DNA of 64,000 nt, taken from assembly GCA_951406725.2 (NCBI GenBank), contig OX597825.1, positions 54,994,001 through 55,058,000 on the forward strand, in the 5' to 3' direction. The translations under genes were made by a program, and so were the position numbers. Below the pieces are notes generated by a model. It was not told where the DNA came from. It saw only the letters and a list, made by a program, of their open reading frames with translations, and made no database searches. The DNA comes from Octopus vulgaris (lineage: Eukaryota). This document shows positions 26,323 to 40,507 of the stretch, one piece after another; position 1 is the stretch's first letter; each line of letters begins with the position of its first letter.

Positions 26323-26387
26323 AGGCAAATGGTACCCAATGTGTGTGTGTGTGCATGTGCACATGCATGCACTGACTCAACCCTTCT

Positions 26388-26661
26388 CTTTTGGAGTTTA
26401 AGAAGGTCTCCGGGTCGAGGAATTTTTTAGAATTCTTGCTCTTTCGGTCAAGCAGATCTTACATTATTTGTTCACATTGAGGTACCTTCCTGGTTCTCCT
26501 AGGAACTTCCATTTAATTACCCTCCTCTTTTAAACATCAAACATAGCTGGCCAGGGACATGATGTTACACCTCTCTGGTATCCAAAAGGAGCACCTATGA
26601 TTGTTAAGATGATGCTTGAATGAGCCACCTGTAGATCCGACATTCTTAAACTCCAAACAAG
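26388..26661. mobile_element. putative MITE with about 20-bp terminal inverted repeats
   Basis: tttggagtttaagaaggtc ... gacattcttaaactccaaa; non-coding interior. Confidence 0.5.
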
Positions 26662-27438
26662 TATTTAGCTTCTGTGAGTATATATACATGTCTATGTGTA
26701 TAAATATATATTTGTATGTATGTGTGAGTATATATATGTGTGTGTGAATAAATATGTGTGAATATATGTGAATATATATGCATATATATATACATACATA
26801 CACAGATATTCACTCACAGAGTGGGTGCTGGAAGGAGAGAAATCAAATTTCTTTGAATGTATTCCACAGACATTAAATGTCAGTGTTCCATAAGTATATA
26901 AGCAGCGTCCAAGATATATGGAATGTCAAATTGATCTCTTGCTGAAGAAAAACCTAATAATTCTCTGATTTTTGTTTAAATTTATATCCAGAGTTAGGTT
27001 TAATATCATGTTACGCCAATTTCAAACTAATTTTGCAGTTCCTCTCAACACAGCATTCCAAAAGACAAAGCAACATAAATGAATCTAGCTAAGAATAGCT
27101 ATAGAAAGATTACAGAGAATGCCATCTTTTTAGGTTTCTAAATCTCTTATTGCTGCTTGTCCATGCCAATAATGTAAGAAACCATAATTCATGACATCTT
27201 AATCAGAAATAGTAAATTATATCGTTGATCAGTTTAATTGTAGATTTAGATAATTTTATTTCTCATATCTAGAGTGATGAAGTGACATAGAATCAAGAAG
27301 GAAATATTCAAAGAAATGTTCTTTGAAGCAATAAAAATAATATCCCATAGAGCCACAAATTCATGACGATTAAGACTGAGAAGATCATATTAAATAAATA
27401 CTTTTCTCAAGATATGTAAATTAGTGTAAATGTGTGTG

Positions 27439-27471
<33 letters not shown>

Positions 27472-27980
27472 TGAGAAAGTGGTGACATTCTTAAGACATG
27501 TATGCTATCTTCTTTGTCTATGTAAATACATCATCAAAGATGCATCATGTTATGTTAGTTGTATATATTATGTATTTTCTTTTGTGTGTGTGTGTTTGTA
27601 CATGTATGCGTTTATGTAGCTGTTGCTATTCTCGCTCACTAACTTTCTCTCTCACCCTAAGACTCTCATCTATCAGCCTCTCGCACTAATCACCCAGATT
27701 CTCTTCTGTTATTTTTTTTAACTTTTTCCCCCTCTCATTTTAGTTTTCTTTCCTCACACACTCATCTCTCAGCTGAGAATGAGAAAACTCTCATGTGCTG
27801 GTGAATGGATGGAGATGACAAATGCTGGACTGAGATCTTTTGTCTTGCTAAGGACAAGGCAATTTCGCTTGCACTGGTACCACAATAAATTGCAGTGCCC
27901 CTGGCACATTCTGTAAAGTGGTAAGTGATAGAAAGGGCATACGAGTGAGACAGTCTTTGACCTGTTTACCATTGTCTAAA

Positions 27981-28035
27981 GTTTGACTCAGACTGAATAA
28001 GGTTTGACTCAGACTGAATAAGGTTTGACTCAGAC
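27981..28035. repeat. 21-bp tandem repeat x2.6
   Basis: gtttgactcagactgaataag repeated perfectly. Confidence 0.9.
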
Positions 28036-28115
28036 CATGACAACCAGTCTAATCCTTAACAGATTGGAATAACACAACAGATGTAAATTATGTTGATGAA
28101 GATGATGATGATACA

Positions 28116-28149
<34 letters not shown>

Positions 28150-28254
28150 CGTGCATGCATGTGAGCCTATGTGTGTGCATTATGAACCCTCCCCTAATCA
28201 AAGTTCTGAGTTTGATTCTAGGACCATGCAGTGCATTGTGTCCTCAGGTAAATC

Positions 28255-28379
28255 ACAACCTCATGGTTCCAGGTTCAGTCCTAAAGCATAACACCTTGGG
28301 TAAGTGTCTTCCATTATAGCCTAGGGCCAACTAAAGCTTTGTGAGTCAATTTGATAGTTGAAAACTGAAAGAAGCCTTC

Positions 28380-28434
<55 letters not shown>

Positions 28435-28637
28435 AGTTTGTACCCATCTTTGTTCCCCACCGTTTGACATCCAGCATTGGTGTTTATGCTTCTGTAACTT
28501 AACAGTTCAACAAAAACGACTGACAGGATAAGCACCAGACTTTAAAAAATGAAATTAAGTACTGGGGTTGATTTGTTCAATTAAATTTTTTAAGGCAATG
28601 CCCCAGCATGGTCGCAGTCTAGTGATTGAAACAAGTA
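28255..28637 (+). mobile_element. SINE family A
   Basis: ggttcagtcc, accttgggtaagtgtctt, (TG)n, cagcatggtcgcagtc..gaaacaagta. Confidence 0.85.
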
Positions 28638-30803
28638 CCACATGTGTGTGTGTGCGTGTACACACACACACAAATACATACACACAAAAAATTGAAAATT
28701 AAAATAAGGTAAGAGAAATTCATGAATTTAGCTGAGGACATGCATTTAGCTAATTAATAATTAAAACAAGTGGCTATGGTGCTGTATGCTGTACACAAAT
28801 TCTTCATCTGTTGATGATTTATAATGGGTGAGAAGCTGTAAACAAATGCCTAGCTGTAATTATTAACAATTATGAAGGAACAAGTTAGTTGGTGTATAAA
28901 TTCAGGAAGCTAGTATCAAACTAGTATGTTATCCATCATATGACAGTTAACTTTTGAACTATGTTTGCCATCATTTGTACTTTGAAGAAAGACTGATCAT
29001 AGTTATTGCATGTTTGTCCTGTTTCTTAATATCATTTGTTGCAAAAATATATAAATATTAATATTATCATAGCAATTATAGTGATATATTCAGTTGAAAC
29101 AGTTTGCTATAAATTCTGAATTTAGTGAATACTCATGTGATTCATGGAAAAAAAAAATTACTTTGCTAACAAAGGGCTTACTCAGTAAGCATCTAAAGAA
29201 AATATTCATTATAATAAATATTAAATATCACAGAGATTTTGTCAGCTGCTGCTAAGTACTCAGTGAATTCTTCCTCTTCAATCTGTTTTATTCTTTCTCT
29301 CTCCCTGTGTGTGAATAGGAAGCCCTTTACTCATTGCATGCCACCAATCCTAGCATGTGCACTCATCCTGCACCTCTCATGCTAACTCACTCTGTATCCC
29401 TCTTTTACCCCCCTCATCTCTCTCTCTATTGATACAAAACATGACTGGAGAAATTGACCAATGACCCAACCAACATATCACTTATTAAACAGAGATTTGT
29501 GCAAAAATCTTTATTATCGATAAAAGACAATCTGATCTTTGTTTGTAGTCAGAAGACGGCTACGAACTTGGAAGATATTTCAGTAAATTAAAGATTTATT
29601 ATCTCCACTAATTACTACACTCACCCTTACTTAATCATCTAAATTTGTTTCATTAACTCCTTTCAGTAATTTTTCTTTGTTCCTTTAAGTCATTACTATG
29701 CAATAACCTCTCTACAAGAATTTCTAAATTCTTTTTATTTCTGCAAATATGCAAAAAGCTGACTAATAATCTAAGTAAGAATGAATTAGTCTGATGGTGT
29801 GTGTGTTGATGTGCATATGACCTAGCAATTTGGCAAAAGAGATTGATAGAATAAGTACCAAGCTTTAAAAAAAGTTTTGCGGTCAATTTATTTGACTAAA
29901 CACTTCAAGACAGTACTCCAGCAAGGCCACAGTCCAATTACTGAAGCAAGTAAAAATAAAAGATATATATACAATATATGTTATGTACATATATATTATA
30001 TGTATATAACATATGCAATATATTACACATATATAATATATACAATATATTCCATGTATATATATATTTATATATTATATAACACAAACACACATGTTTG
30101 TGTGTATAATTTAAAAGTGAAAATGAACTACAAAGAAACACTCTTTAAGAGAATTGAACCCCGAATCTCTTGTTTACCAGCTGCAACATTATCATGTTAA
30201 CCCATTGTTACAGCAAAGAAATGTTTGTTCAGTTCTGTGTCATGTTACACATGCATATTTCTGAGGGAATTCTTCACTTCAGATGTCTTGTTTGACAAAC
30301 TACAGACCAACATTCCTAATTTGATTAGTGGAATCACAACTGTTTCGAAATGTCAAATGCCAGTGATTATTAATCAATATTGATTATCAATGGATACTAA
30401 TTGATTTATTATATCTCCTCTCTTGATTTTTAAATTTTGGCACAAATGTACAGAGATGTAAACGAGATATGTAATTCTGAAGGAATTGACTCTAGTTTAT
30501 ACTTGGCAATTATTTTTACATACTGTAGTCCCACCCACATTCCATATATATGACTGAACCTCAATATGGTAACTGAAATTACAAGAAATAGCAGTTAAAT
30601 CTCCCTAGAATCACACTTTAGCAATGAACATGTTGGATAATGTGGAGCTACATTTCCTACACAAGAAAACGAGAGAATGATCATAGATTACCTTCGATCA
30701 TTGGCTTACTCAACCAAAACTGACTTGGGGCTAAATAACAACAGTAACCCAGATACACATTGGTATATACATACTTACATAAACGAGTGTGTGTGAGTGA
30801 GAG

Positions 30804-30871
<68 letters not shown>

Positions 30872-30999
30872 GCAGGCTTTGATACAGTTTCCAGCAAACA
30901 AATTCAACTCACAAACCAATAGAGAATACAAGGCTACAAAATGAAACAGTCAACCAAGCCATCACACAGAAGGATCAGACTCAGAACAACATATAATAA

Positions 31000-31410
31000 T
31001 AATCCTTTTTACTATTGGCACAAGGACTGAAATTTTGGAGATAGAAGTTAGTCGATTACATCAACCCCAGTGTTCAACTGGTACTTATTTCCTCGACCCT
31101 AAAAAGATGAAAGGCAAAGTTGACCTCAGCAGAATTTGAACTCAGAATGTAAAGACGCTACACTAATTATTCTGCAGTTCACCACATTAATAATAATGAT
31201 CATAATAATAATAGTTTCCAATTTTACCATAAAGGCAGCAATTTCAGGGAGGGGATGAGCCAATTACATCGACCCCAGTGTTTTACTGGTACTTATTTTA
31301 TCAATCCCAAAGGATCAAAGTCAAAGTCAACTTTGGTGGAATTTGAACTCAGGTGAAATACCGTTAAATATTTCATCCAGCATGCTAATGATTTTGCCAG
31401 CTCACTGCCT
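31000..31410 (-). mobile_element. two tandem Nin-domain-like SINEs (family D)
   Basis: gaccccagtg..actggtacttattt..gatgaaaggcaaagttgacc..gaatttgaactcag occurs twice, separated by (aat)n. Confidence 0.8.
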
Positions 31411-31411
31411 C

Positions 31412-31458
<47 letters not shown>

Positions 31459-31487
31459 TAATAATAATAATAATAATAATAATAATA

Positions 31488-33111
31488 GTGATAAATTTTT
31501 AACAATTAAAAGAATACACTACCCAAGCAGCCATTGATTACTATAGTCACCATAAAGAGGAGGAGGGTGTGAATTCCTACAAACTGAATTGTCACTGAAA
31601 ATTGCCACAATGGACGTCAACTCCTACGTTAAAAACATTTAAAAAACAAACTCTGATCTGGATGCTAAAACTTGTTTTCAAGCATGAAAATAATAAAAAC
31701 AAATTGTATTCAGTAACAAAAGAGGCAAGAAAATATTTCAATAAATCCCAAGCAGAAGTCTCAAAATTAGATGAACTAAGAACAAGCACAGAAAAAGCTA
31801 AACACATGAAAATCCCTACAACAAATGCAGCCTTAAGTAATCTTACCAGCAAATGGCAGGAAGAAAAATCACTTCATAGTAAATACCTAGAGAGAGATAT
31901 CAAGGCTGACATTGACAAAACTCTTACCCATCACTGGTTAGGATCCTCTGGCTTAAAATCAGACAGATGGGTTTATCATAGCTGTTCAAAAACAATGCCT
32001 ACCTACAAGAAGCTATCAGGCCAACAACTTAAAGAACAGATGTAGCCCAACATGTTAATCATCATTATTTAACATCTGTTTTCCATGCTGGCATGGATGG
32101 GTTGGACAGCTTGACCAAAACTGGCAAGGCCAGGGGCCACCCCAGGTTCCATAGTATGTTTTGGATTGGTTCCTACAGCTGGACAGCCTTCCTAACACCA
32201 ACCACTTTACAGAGTGTACTGGTTACTTTTTACATGGCACCAGCACTAGTGCTTTTTACATGGCACCAGTACCCACACCAATGCATTTTATGTGGCACTT
32301 TGGTTTTAGGCGCTCAATTCTGTTGTGGTGGGTGGGTCTTGAGTCAAGTGTTTAAAAAAAATAGCCTGAAGTCAGCGAGCACATCGTTTCCACATGTAGC
32401 CTTATTGCACCCTCTAAGTATCTTAAAAAGCATGATAGAGCTGAGCTGTAGCTCCACTGGATAATTTGCAAGGACCCAGACTTTCCATCATAGAAACAAG
32501 CAGAAATACAAATACCCTCTAGTGCCTCAAAAAGATATCTCACACCGATAGAACTTTTCTGTTCACACTAACAGACAAATAGATGCAAATAGGCCAGATA
32601 TTATATAGAAAAAATTTCAGATATGATTATTCCATTTGATAAAAATTTATCTGTCTAGATCTACCAAAAGCTAGACAAGTACAAAGATCTTGAAATAAAA
32701 ATTGACAAAATGTGGAAACTCAAATCTAGAACAATAACCATGGTTGTAGTGTCCAAGGAATAGTAACAAAAGGAGCTGATTATTACTTATTTCAAATCCC
32801 AGGAAATCCAAAAATGGAAGAAACTCAGAAAATATTACTCATGAGACTGCAAGAAACCCAACAAGAGGTTCTGTCTACATAACCCCCAAAACAATTTTTT
32901 TTTTACATATGAAAAGCACATATTCCAAAACAATAGTTCTTGCAAACCCAAGATGGACAATTAAAATGCAAATCCCCCTCACCTTTCCCAAAAACATAGC
33001 AGGTATCAACCCTCCTGGTCATAGTGCCCACCTGAACTTATAACTTGCTGCCTCTTGAGGTCCCTGGGTGAGAATTAGACTCAGCTTGTACAAACACAAA
33101 GCAAAATCCAA

Positions 33112-33113
<2 letters not shown>
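31488..33113 (+). mobile_element. Dong/R4-clade LINE (restriction-like endonuclease), 5'-truncated, inserted in (TAA)n
   Basis: KWQE..LHSKY..IDKTLTHHWL..SGLKS, CLPTRSY..CSPTC, RPDII, KYKDLEIKIDKMWKL, VLST*; long (AAT)n on both sides; interrupted by a family E element at about 32056-32340. Confidence 0.88.
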
Positions 33114-33173
<60 letters not shown>

Positions 33174-33436
33174 GCAGTAAGCTGTTTATTTCTCTAGATA
33201 AATCTGAAATGGCCGACATTTCAACAAAATCGTTTCCTGTTAAATACAACATTTTCTGTTTGACATAAACATGTGTGTGTGTGTGTGTGTGAATATCTAC
33301 ATCTATCTATCAACACACAGACATATACTATAATTGCAGATAAAAATATTGGAGAAACAGTTTTTCCTCTTTTCTTCATTATATTTGTATTTCCTCTATA
33401 ATTCATCTGTCATCAATCAGGACAAGGTGAGCTTAC

Positions 33437-33487
33437 CTTCTCTTTTTTTAATTTTTTCTTGTACTTTTTTAGTTTTCTTAATTTTTT
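33437..33487 (-). CDS. candidate 51-nt lysine-rich exon
   Basis: ttcttttcatcttccacaaaaaacAG | 51 nt | GTAAGC with AAG before the donor; open in phase 0 (KKLRKLKKYKKKLKKEK) and phase 1 (xKIKKTKKVQEKIKKRE); low complexity weakens the call. Confidence 0.3.
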
Positions 33488-33861
33488 CTGTTTTTTGTGG
33501 AAGATGAAAAGAATTTTAATTAAATTCCAATAATCTAGATTTTTAGATGAAATGAATAAGTTATGTCATTACTTGTTTGTCATGTTTTTATTTGTAATTT
33601 CATTTTTCTTAATTTCTTTATTTTAATAGCTTGTAAGTATGTTTAATCAGTATAATAAAGTACATAGTTCATATGTATGTTATGCGTGTGTGAACATACA
33701 TACATACATATACACACACACACATTTTTATATATGTGGGTGAAATATGCACACACAAATATGTACACATATATAAGCATGTGTGTGCATATATATATAT
33801 TTGCACATGTAAACATATATATGCAAATATATGTATATACATACATACATATACCTACATG

Positions 33862-33901
<40 letters not shown>

Positions 33902-34143
33902 TGTATATATATATATATATATATATGTACATATTCTGGCAAATACTAGGCTTTCTATGTATACATATTCATGATTTATATTTTTGTTTAGTTGTTCTAT
34001 ATTTGTTTTCCTTTTTTCCCATTTCCTTTCTTTTTACTGAAAGATAATCATTTCCAAATTTTAACCAAATATAACAGATGGAAATTTATGTTCATCAAAA
34101 TATTTTTCAAGAGAAGATTCATTAATAACACACATACACACAC

Positions 34144-34189
<46 letters not shown>

Positions 34190-34442
34190 TCAAATGTCCT
34201 GAAACTTCATTTAAATCATAGATATCAACACTTTCAAAATTTTGTCATCATTTTCCGGTGTTCCCACCCTCCGCACCTCTGTCTTGTGCAGCATTTATGG
34301 CTTGCAGTCATTTCATTTCATATCATCTTCATCATCTTTCATTAGTCCTGATATATTATTTTTTTTATTTTGTCTTAAATTATCATCTGTCTGCCTACAC
34401 ATTTTGTCTTTATTTCTCCTGCTCTTCCACTTCTCTGTGTGT

Positions 34443-34480
<38 letters not shown>

Positions 34481-34548
34481 TCACATATATATCTGTGTAT
34501 TATATATACAGACATGGAGTATGCATTATATATACAGACATGGGAGTA

Positions 34549-34594
<46 letters not shown>

Positions 34595-34611
34595 TATTAT
34601 TTAACAAGAAT

Positions 34612-36010
34612 TAGTATTGACTGACTATGATGTTTCGGCTTGTTAAACCCTCATTAGACTGTGGTACATATGAGCTTATAGTCCATCTTAGCTTTATATA
34701 ATCTGTTAAGCTAAAATTTTCTAAATTAAGAGGAGCTTTGTAACAAGGTTGTAGGGTAGATTGTGATGGAAAGGTATAATGGAAGATTTTTATTGATTGA
34801 ATTTGGAGTTGAATTGCTGTTCAGAATTCAATCATGCATGCAGAATTTTATAATCAGGAGTGTGTATTTAAGTGTGTCAGCTTCAGGTCTTGGGGTTGTT
34901 TTTAAAGGTTCACAAAAGACTGTATATAGGTGAAAAGGTTAGTTGGTTAGTAGATGGTTACTAGGTTTAGTTGTTGGTTTGTTTGGTAGCCTTTGTTTTT
35001 AGAAACGTGAATGTTAAAATTCAGAGTTCAGTCCAGCATTTAAATGTTTGTCATTAGATGCTGACTTCAGTATGTTAACTCTTAGGTAATGGAGTTTTTA
35101 AGAGTTTAAAAATTAAAGCAAGTTGATAGAAAGCTTAGTAGGTCAGTAAATTTTTTTACAGAGATTTTAGTTACTTGTTTTGGGGAAGTGGCGGTTATCA
35201 GTCAAACAGGTAAGAAAGACTACATGGTTAGGGGTGTTGATTTAAGTGTGTCAACTTTAGATCATCATGTTGTTAGTATAGAAAGGAGTTTACCTTGTGC
35301 TTTAATGTTCACAAAAGGATGTAGGTAGGTGTAATATTTAATTGTCACAGATTTCATCTTGAGGAGTAAATTGTTATAGATATTATTTGATTACTATTCA
35401 AAATATTCAACCTTTGTGTTCTAGGGAGGTAAAGTTTGTGGAGTATTTTTTAGAAATATTTCTTCCATTTGGTTTGAAGCATGGGTATTTTGTAAAGTAT
35501 TATTTTGGGCCTATGAATATGTGCAATTGTGGGACACTATATAAATGAGTGCATATAATTATGTACAAAAATAGAAATAAAGATAAAAATAAATAGACAG
35601 AAGAAAAAAAAGATAATTTCTATGCTAAGTTAATCATCTATCATCCTTGCATATATATATATTTGTTGTATGTATAAGAGAGAGAGAGAGTACCTATGTG
35701 CCTTAAATTAGAAAATTTTTTGTGAATCTTTTGGCTGAATGTTCAGTAAATTTTAGATAATTTCTACTATGTTTATTTAATGGAAAGCAATAAAGTTTTT
35801 ATGGATGTGGTGAATGGTGGGGAGAAAAGTAGGTGATATTTTCATGTTTAACTATTAGAAAAAGAAAACTTATTGATCTGGAATGTTGAATGTTTTAGTG
35901 TTTGCAGGAAGAGACTAATTCAGAGTTTCAGTTCAGAGTCTGATTCCTGAGTATGAGAATGTGCTAGGCTGAACCTTCAAAGTCACTGTCAATATTGTTC
36001 TTGTTAAAGT
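34612..36010. mobile_element. old Penelope-like relic with inverted, hammerhead-like termini
   Basis: 34615-34670 (minus) gtCTAATGAgggtt-taac-aagccGAAAC; 35975-36010 aagtcactgtcaatattgttcttgttaaag matches the arms of the 25-kb element. Confidence 0.4.
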
Positions 36011-37370
36011 ATGCTAAGTATGTACTCTACAAAAAGCAGTGAGGAATCTTTCACTTCAATGTAAAATTGTTTTTATTATAACTTAAGATATAAACAAACA
36101 TTGATATATGTATATATCATGTATATATGTGTATACATATGTAACATATATACACAGTTTATATGTACGAGTATGTATGTAACATGTATATATTTGTACA
36201 GGTATATATGTAACATACATATATATGTATGCTTGTATTACATATATTTTTACAAACATACATGTGTGTGAGTACATGTAAGTAGACAGATGCACATGTA
36301 TGTATGTGTTTGTGTTCTAACATGCATATCAATATCAATGTGGTTCAGCATTTCAATTTTTGTCCCTTAAAAAGTTTTATTAAAGCCCACCACCCCACCA
36401 AATCTGTATTTGTGCTTCACCAACTAAATTACTTAACTGAAAGTGTGTAATTATTGTCATTATTCATTGTTGTTGTTGCTATCATTATCATCATCATAGC
36501 ATTATCATTGAAAATTTTCTCTAATATCCATATGCTTGATGAGAATATAGTAAAATCAGTTGGATCTAATTTCATATTGCTGTAGAGAGAAATAATTCAC
36601 CAAGCCTACAGAAAAGTATATGACTATATGCTAAATGCCAGGGTACTGGATGTTCCACTCTTCATATCCAATCACCAACATAATGTTGTATGTAGGAGCA
36701 AGATTCCAAAACATCTACACCTACCATTCAAATAGGTCAGTGTAAGAAATTATAAAACATTTACGATTAGAGGCACAGCTCACTGTTGCAACCCAATGTA
36801 AACAACTGTAAATGAGACCATGAAGTGAAATACAGTAATAACTTTATCCAAGGGGAGGTACAGCTCACATCTATACACCAATGTAAAAAGCTGTAAATAA
36901 ACATTATACTTCCATTCCCTAAGCAGATTTTAATAATTATCAAAATGCTTTCTAATAATTATCAATACACCTTATTAATAGAACTTAATATAAGAAACGT
37001 TTTCGTAAGAAATCAGAATTTCATATCAAAAGAATAGTGAAGGATTCGAAAAATTGGTAGAACATGAGACAAAATAATTGTGTTTTGGCCAAATCAGGAG
37101 AGGATCAGACAAAATGTCAGTGGAGTATCAGATAAAATGATTAGCTATATTTTAGTTGCATACCTTTATAGGTATACAAAGTTTGATTCCAGCTGGATTT
37201 GATTAAACTAAGTTTTTATCAATCCCCACAGGACTGCAGTTGATATAATCCTATATAGTCCACCTCTCTCCATAAAGAGGTTTGTGGCTTGTGTCTATGC
37301 TAGAAATCAATAGTTATCAAAGAATTTTAACTTGTTAGTTTTCTTGTAAATTGTCAGTCCTTAATCTTAC

Positions 37371-37700
37371 TGGCACTTCATAAGTTATGACGATGAGAAT
37401 GCCAGTTTATCCGATCAACAGAACAGCTTGCTTCTGAAATTAACATGTGAGCGGCTGGCATAAGTACCCTACTCCACAGATACATCTACCCATAACATAG
37501 TTCTCAGGGAGATTCAGCATGATACAGAATGTGACAAGGCTAGTCTTTTGAATACAGATACTACTCCTTTTTGGCAGCCGAGTGAACTGGAGCAGTGTGA
37601 AGTAAAGTGTCTTACTCAAGAACACAATGCATCACCAGGAATTGAACTCACAACCTTATGATCATGAGCTGAATGCCCTAACCACTAAGCCACAAGCCTT
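37371..37700 (-). mobile_element. tRNA-derived CORE-like SINE, family B
   Basis: ccctaaccactaagcc (A-box rc), ggaattgaac (B-box rc), aaagtgtcttactcaagaacacaa core; colinear with 59691-60383. Confidence 0.85.
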
Positions 37701-37730
37701 AATCTTAAGTTCTTAGATAAATCTCAGAAT

Positions 37731-37960
37731 TTAACCCTTTCATTACTGAATTTATTTTGAGATGCACCTGTGCTTCTTTCAATTAATTTTAAACATAACA
37801 AAGAATTTAGCAAAATAACTTAATTATCATTCAGCTAGTGTTAGGAACATAAATTGTGACTAAGGTTTGGTGGAAAATTTTAGTTCAAAGCTTTTGGAAA
37901 CAAGACATTTGTACTCAGAGCCAGAGCTGGCTTCAGCTGGGTTGATAACGAAAGGGTTAA
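37731..37960 (-). mobile_element. piggyBac-type MITE with TTAA target duplication
   Basis: ttaa-ccctttcattac ... gataacgaaaggg-ttaa; CCCT/AGGG ends intact. Confidence 0.85.
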
Positions 37961-38754
37961 ATAGATCACAGATGGCACCACCACAGTACAACAGCAGCTC
38001 CTGCTACTAATACTTGTATGTATTCTAAATGTATATCCAGAGCCGGCAGTAACTTTAATTCTTTCATAGACCAAAGCTTTCCCAGTACTGTGTAATAACA
38101 ACTATTACCAAATGTGATTTACTGGGAAACTGTAAATATTGTCGTCAATGAATTAAAAAGAAGGATGTTTGCATAACGTTGGGAGTAAAAACGATGTTTG
38201 GACTAAACATTTCTTAACAGGAAAGAAAATGGAGAAGAAAAAAAAAGATAAAACAGAAATTGGATGATTGCAACAATCTACACAGGATTATCATTTATTT
38301 TTTCTGTAAAAAGTTAAAGAAATGGTATATGTAAGATCCTAACACAATGCACTAACAACTTGGAGACTTGTAGTGAAATTTGCTTCCAATTTTGACAAAT
38401 TTTATCAAGTATTTATAATTTACATTTAATTTAAAAATTGAAATAGCAAACAAGTAAATCCGTACAATAAATAATCTGCTAGGAATCAATTTAGTGCAGA
38501 GATAACATACATTGAAGGAATATAGAATGATACATGTTTATCTCCCCCTCTAGCTCACTCTTTTACAAATGGTAACAAATAAAGTATGCATGCAGACATC
38601 TCTCAACGTTGCGATAACAACAAATGCTGCTTCCATTAGTCAAAAAGAGTTCGCTCTACTTCTATTTTATTTTACTTCATTCCCCCACATTTTTTAGCAT
38701 CTTATATTTTTTGACATTTTATTATCATCATCATCATCATCGTTATTATTATTA

Positions 38755-38789
<35 letters not shown>

Positions 38790-39561
38790 GTTATTTCCAT
38801 TCTGCATTTCTGATATCTTTTTTGTTATAAACCAAAATATTCTAGTGCTTTTCAAAACGAACAGCTGCATATGAGATGATATGTTTGGAAGCTAACATGC
38901 TAGAATGTAAAAACAATGGTTTTGACCTTTTTAACCTTATCACAACCTTGGACAGACAAAATGATGCCAATTTTAAGAAGACGGAAGGAATAAACAAATG
39001 TTTTGAAAAAAAAATTTTTTCCCCCTTAAACTTGGAAGCATTCCAACTTTGGTCAATATCACAGAGATTTATAGTCTATTTTTGTTGTCACTGATTCACA
39101 TGTCTGAACATAATCAATTCCATTTTTTAAGGCAGAAATTAGAATAAACATGTTAATGCTTAAAGTGAAAATTGAAGTTTACAAAAAAGAAAAAAAAGAA
39201 AAGAGAGAGAGAGAGAAACAAAGAGAAAGAGCAGAGAGGGATGATGATGAAAAATAAAAGCAAACTAAAAATGAAAAAAAAAACTGCCAAAATCTTGTCC
39301 TTCCATGTTAACGATGTAATTAATAATGATCGACTTCACACCCAACCCTCTCTAAAAACCAGATTTTAATTATCCTCTCCCTCGATGCCTAACGTCTATT
39401 TACATATGGTTGGAGGTTAGAAATAGCCTCCAATAGTTTGAAGCTAATAATAATAATAATAATAATGATATTTTTCAATAGTCTAAATTATTAATAGCAA
39501 CATATGTCAGACTATTATTATTTACTACTATTATTATTTATACTGACAGACAGGTGTGTGA

Positions 39562-39615
<54 letters not shown>

Positions 39616-39818
39616 GTATATATATATATAAAGATTCATATATATATACATACACACATAAATACATTCATGAGTATTTGTGAGCATGTGTGTATATATA
39701 TGTATGTATACATACACATTTGGTATTTTGCTGAACATATTGCCTAATGTGGTAACATGCAAAGGTAATGGGAAAAGGGTGTGTGTGGGTTTGTATATAT
39801 GTGTGTGTGTGTGTGTGT

Positions 39819-39862
<44 letters not shown>

Positions 39863-40042
39863 GTGAGTATATTTATATTATATTTAAATATAAAAAATAT
39901 TTTTTAAAAATGACCATTAGTAAAAAAAAGTGTTTAGAGTTATTTCCCTTGGCTTTTTTAAAACAAATTCTTTGAAATGCTTTAAATGAGAAATACACAT
40001 AAGCAAAGCAAAAGAAAAAAACTAACTTCAAGGACATTGAAA

Positions 40043-40106
<64 letters not shown>

Positions 40107-40319
40107 TAAATAAATAAATAAAAGATAAGAAGAAGAATAGTGAAAATGATATTAATAGTTGAAGTAGTAATAATAGTAAAAATTAATAATAATAATAATA
40201 ATAATAGCAAAACACAAAAAAATAATAAACAATGAAAAATAAGGATGGATATATGAACAAACATTTTGGCCTCTAAATTTGCAGCTACGTTGAAATTAAG
40301 AGAAAAAAAAAAAGACAGT

Positions 40320-40380
<61 letters not shown>

Positions 40381-40456
40381 TCATCATCATAGGCAACGTT
40401 TGTGTTTAGATAAACTTTGGACTGTAATACAATAGTTAGCTTATACTAAGACTTAC

Positions 40457-40507
40457 CATTGGGTTTCTTCTCGTCATTGCTGGGATGGCTCTCAGGGTGA
40501 ACGTTTC
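40457..40507 (-). CDS. candidate 51-nt coding exon of an unidentified gene
   Basis: cctttctgtattaactttacctgatctcgtAG | gaaacgttcaccctgag...aaacccaatg | GTAAGT; unique, GC-richer, CpG-retaining; phase 1 (G)NVHPESHPSNDEKKPN or phase 0 ETFTLRAIPAMTRRNPM. Confidence 0.55.
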
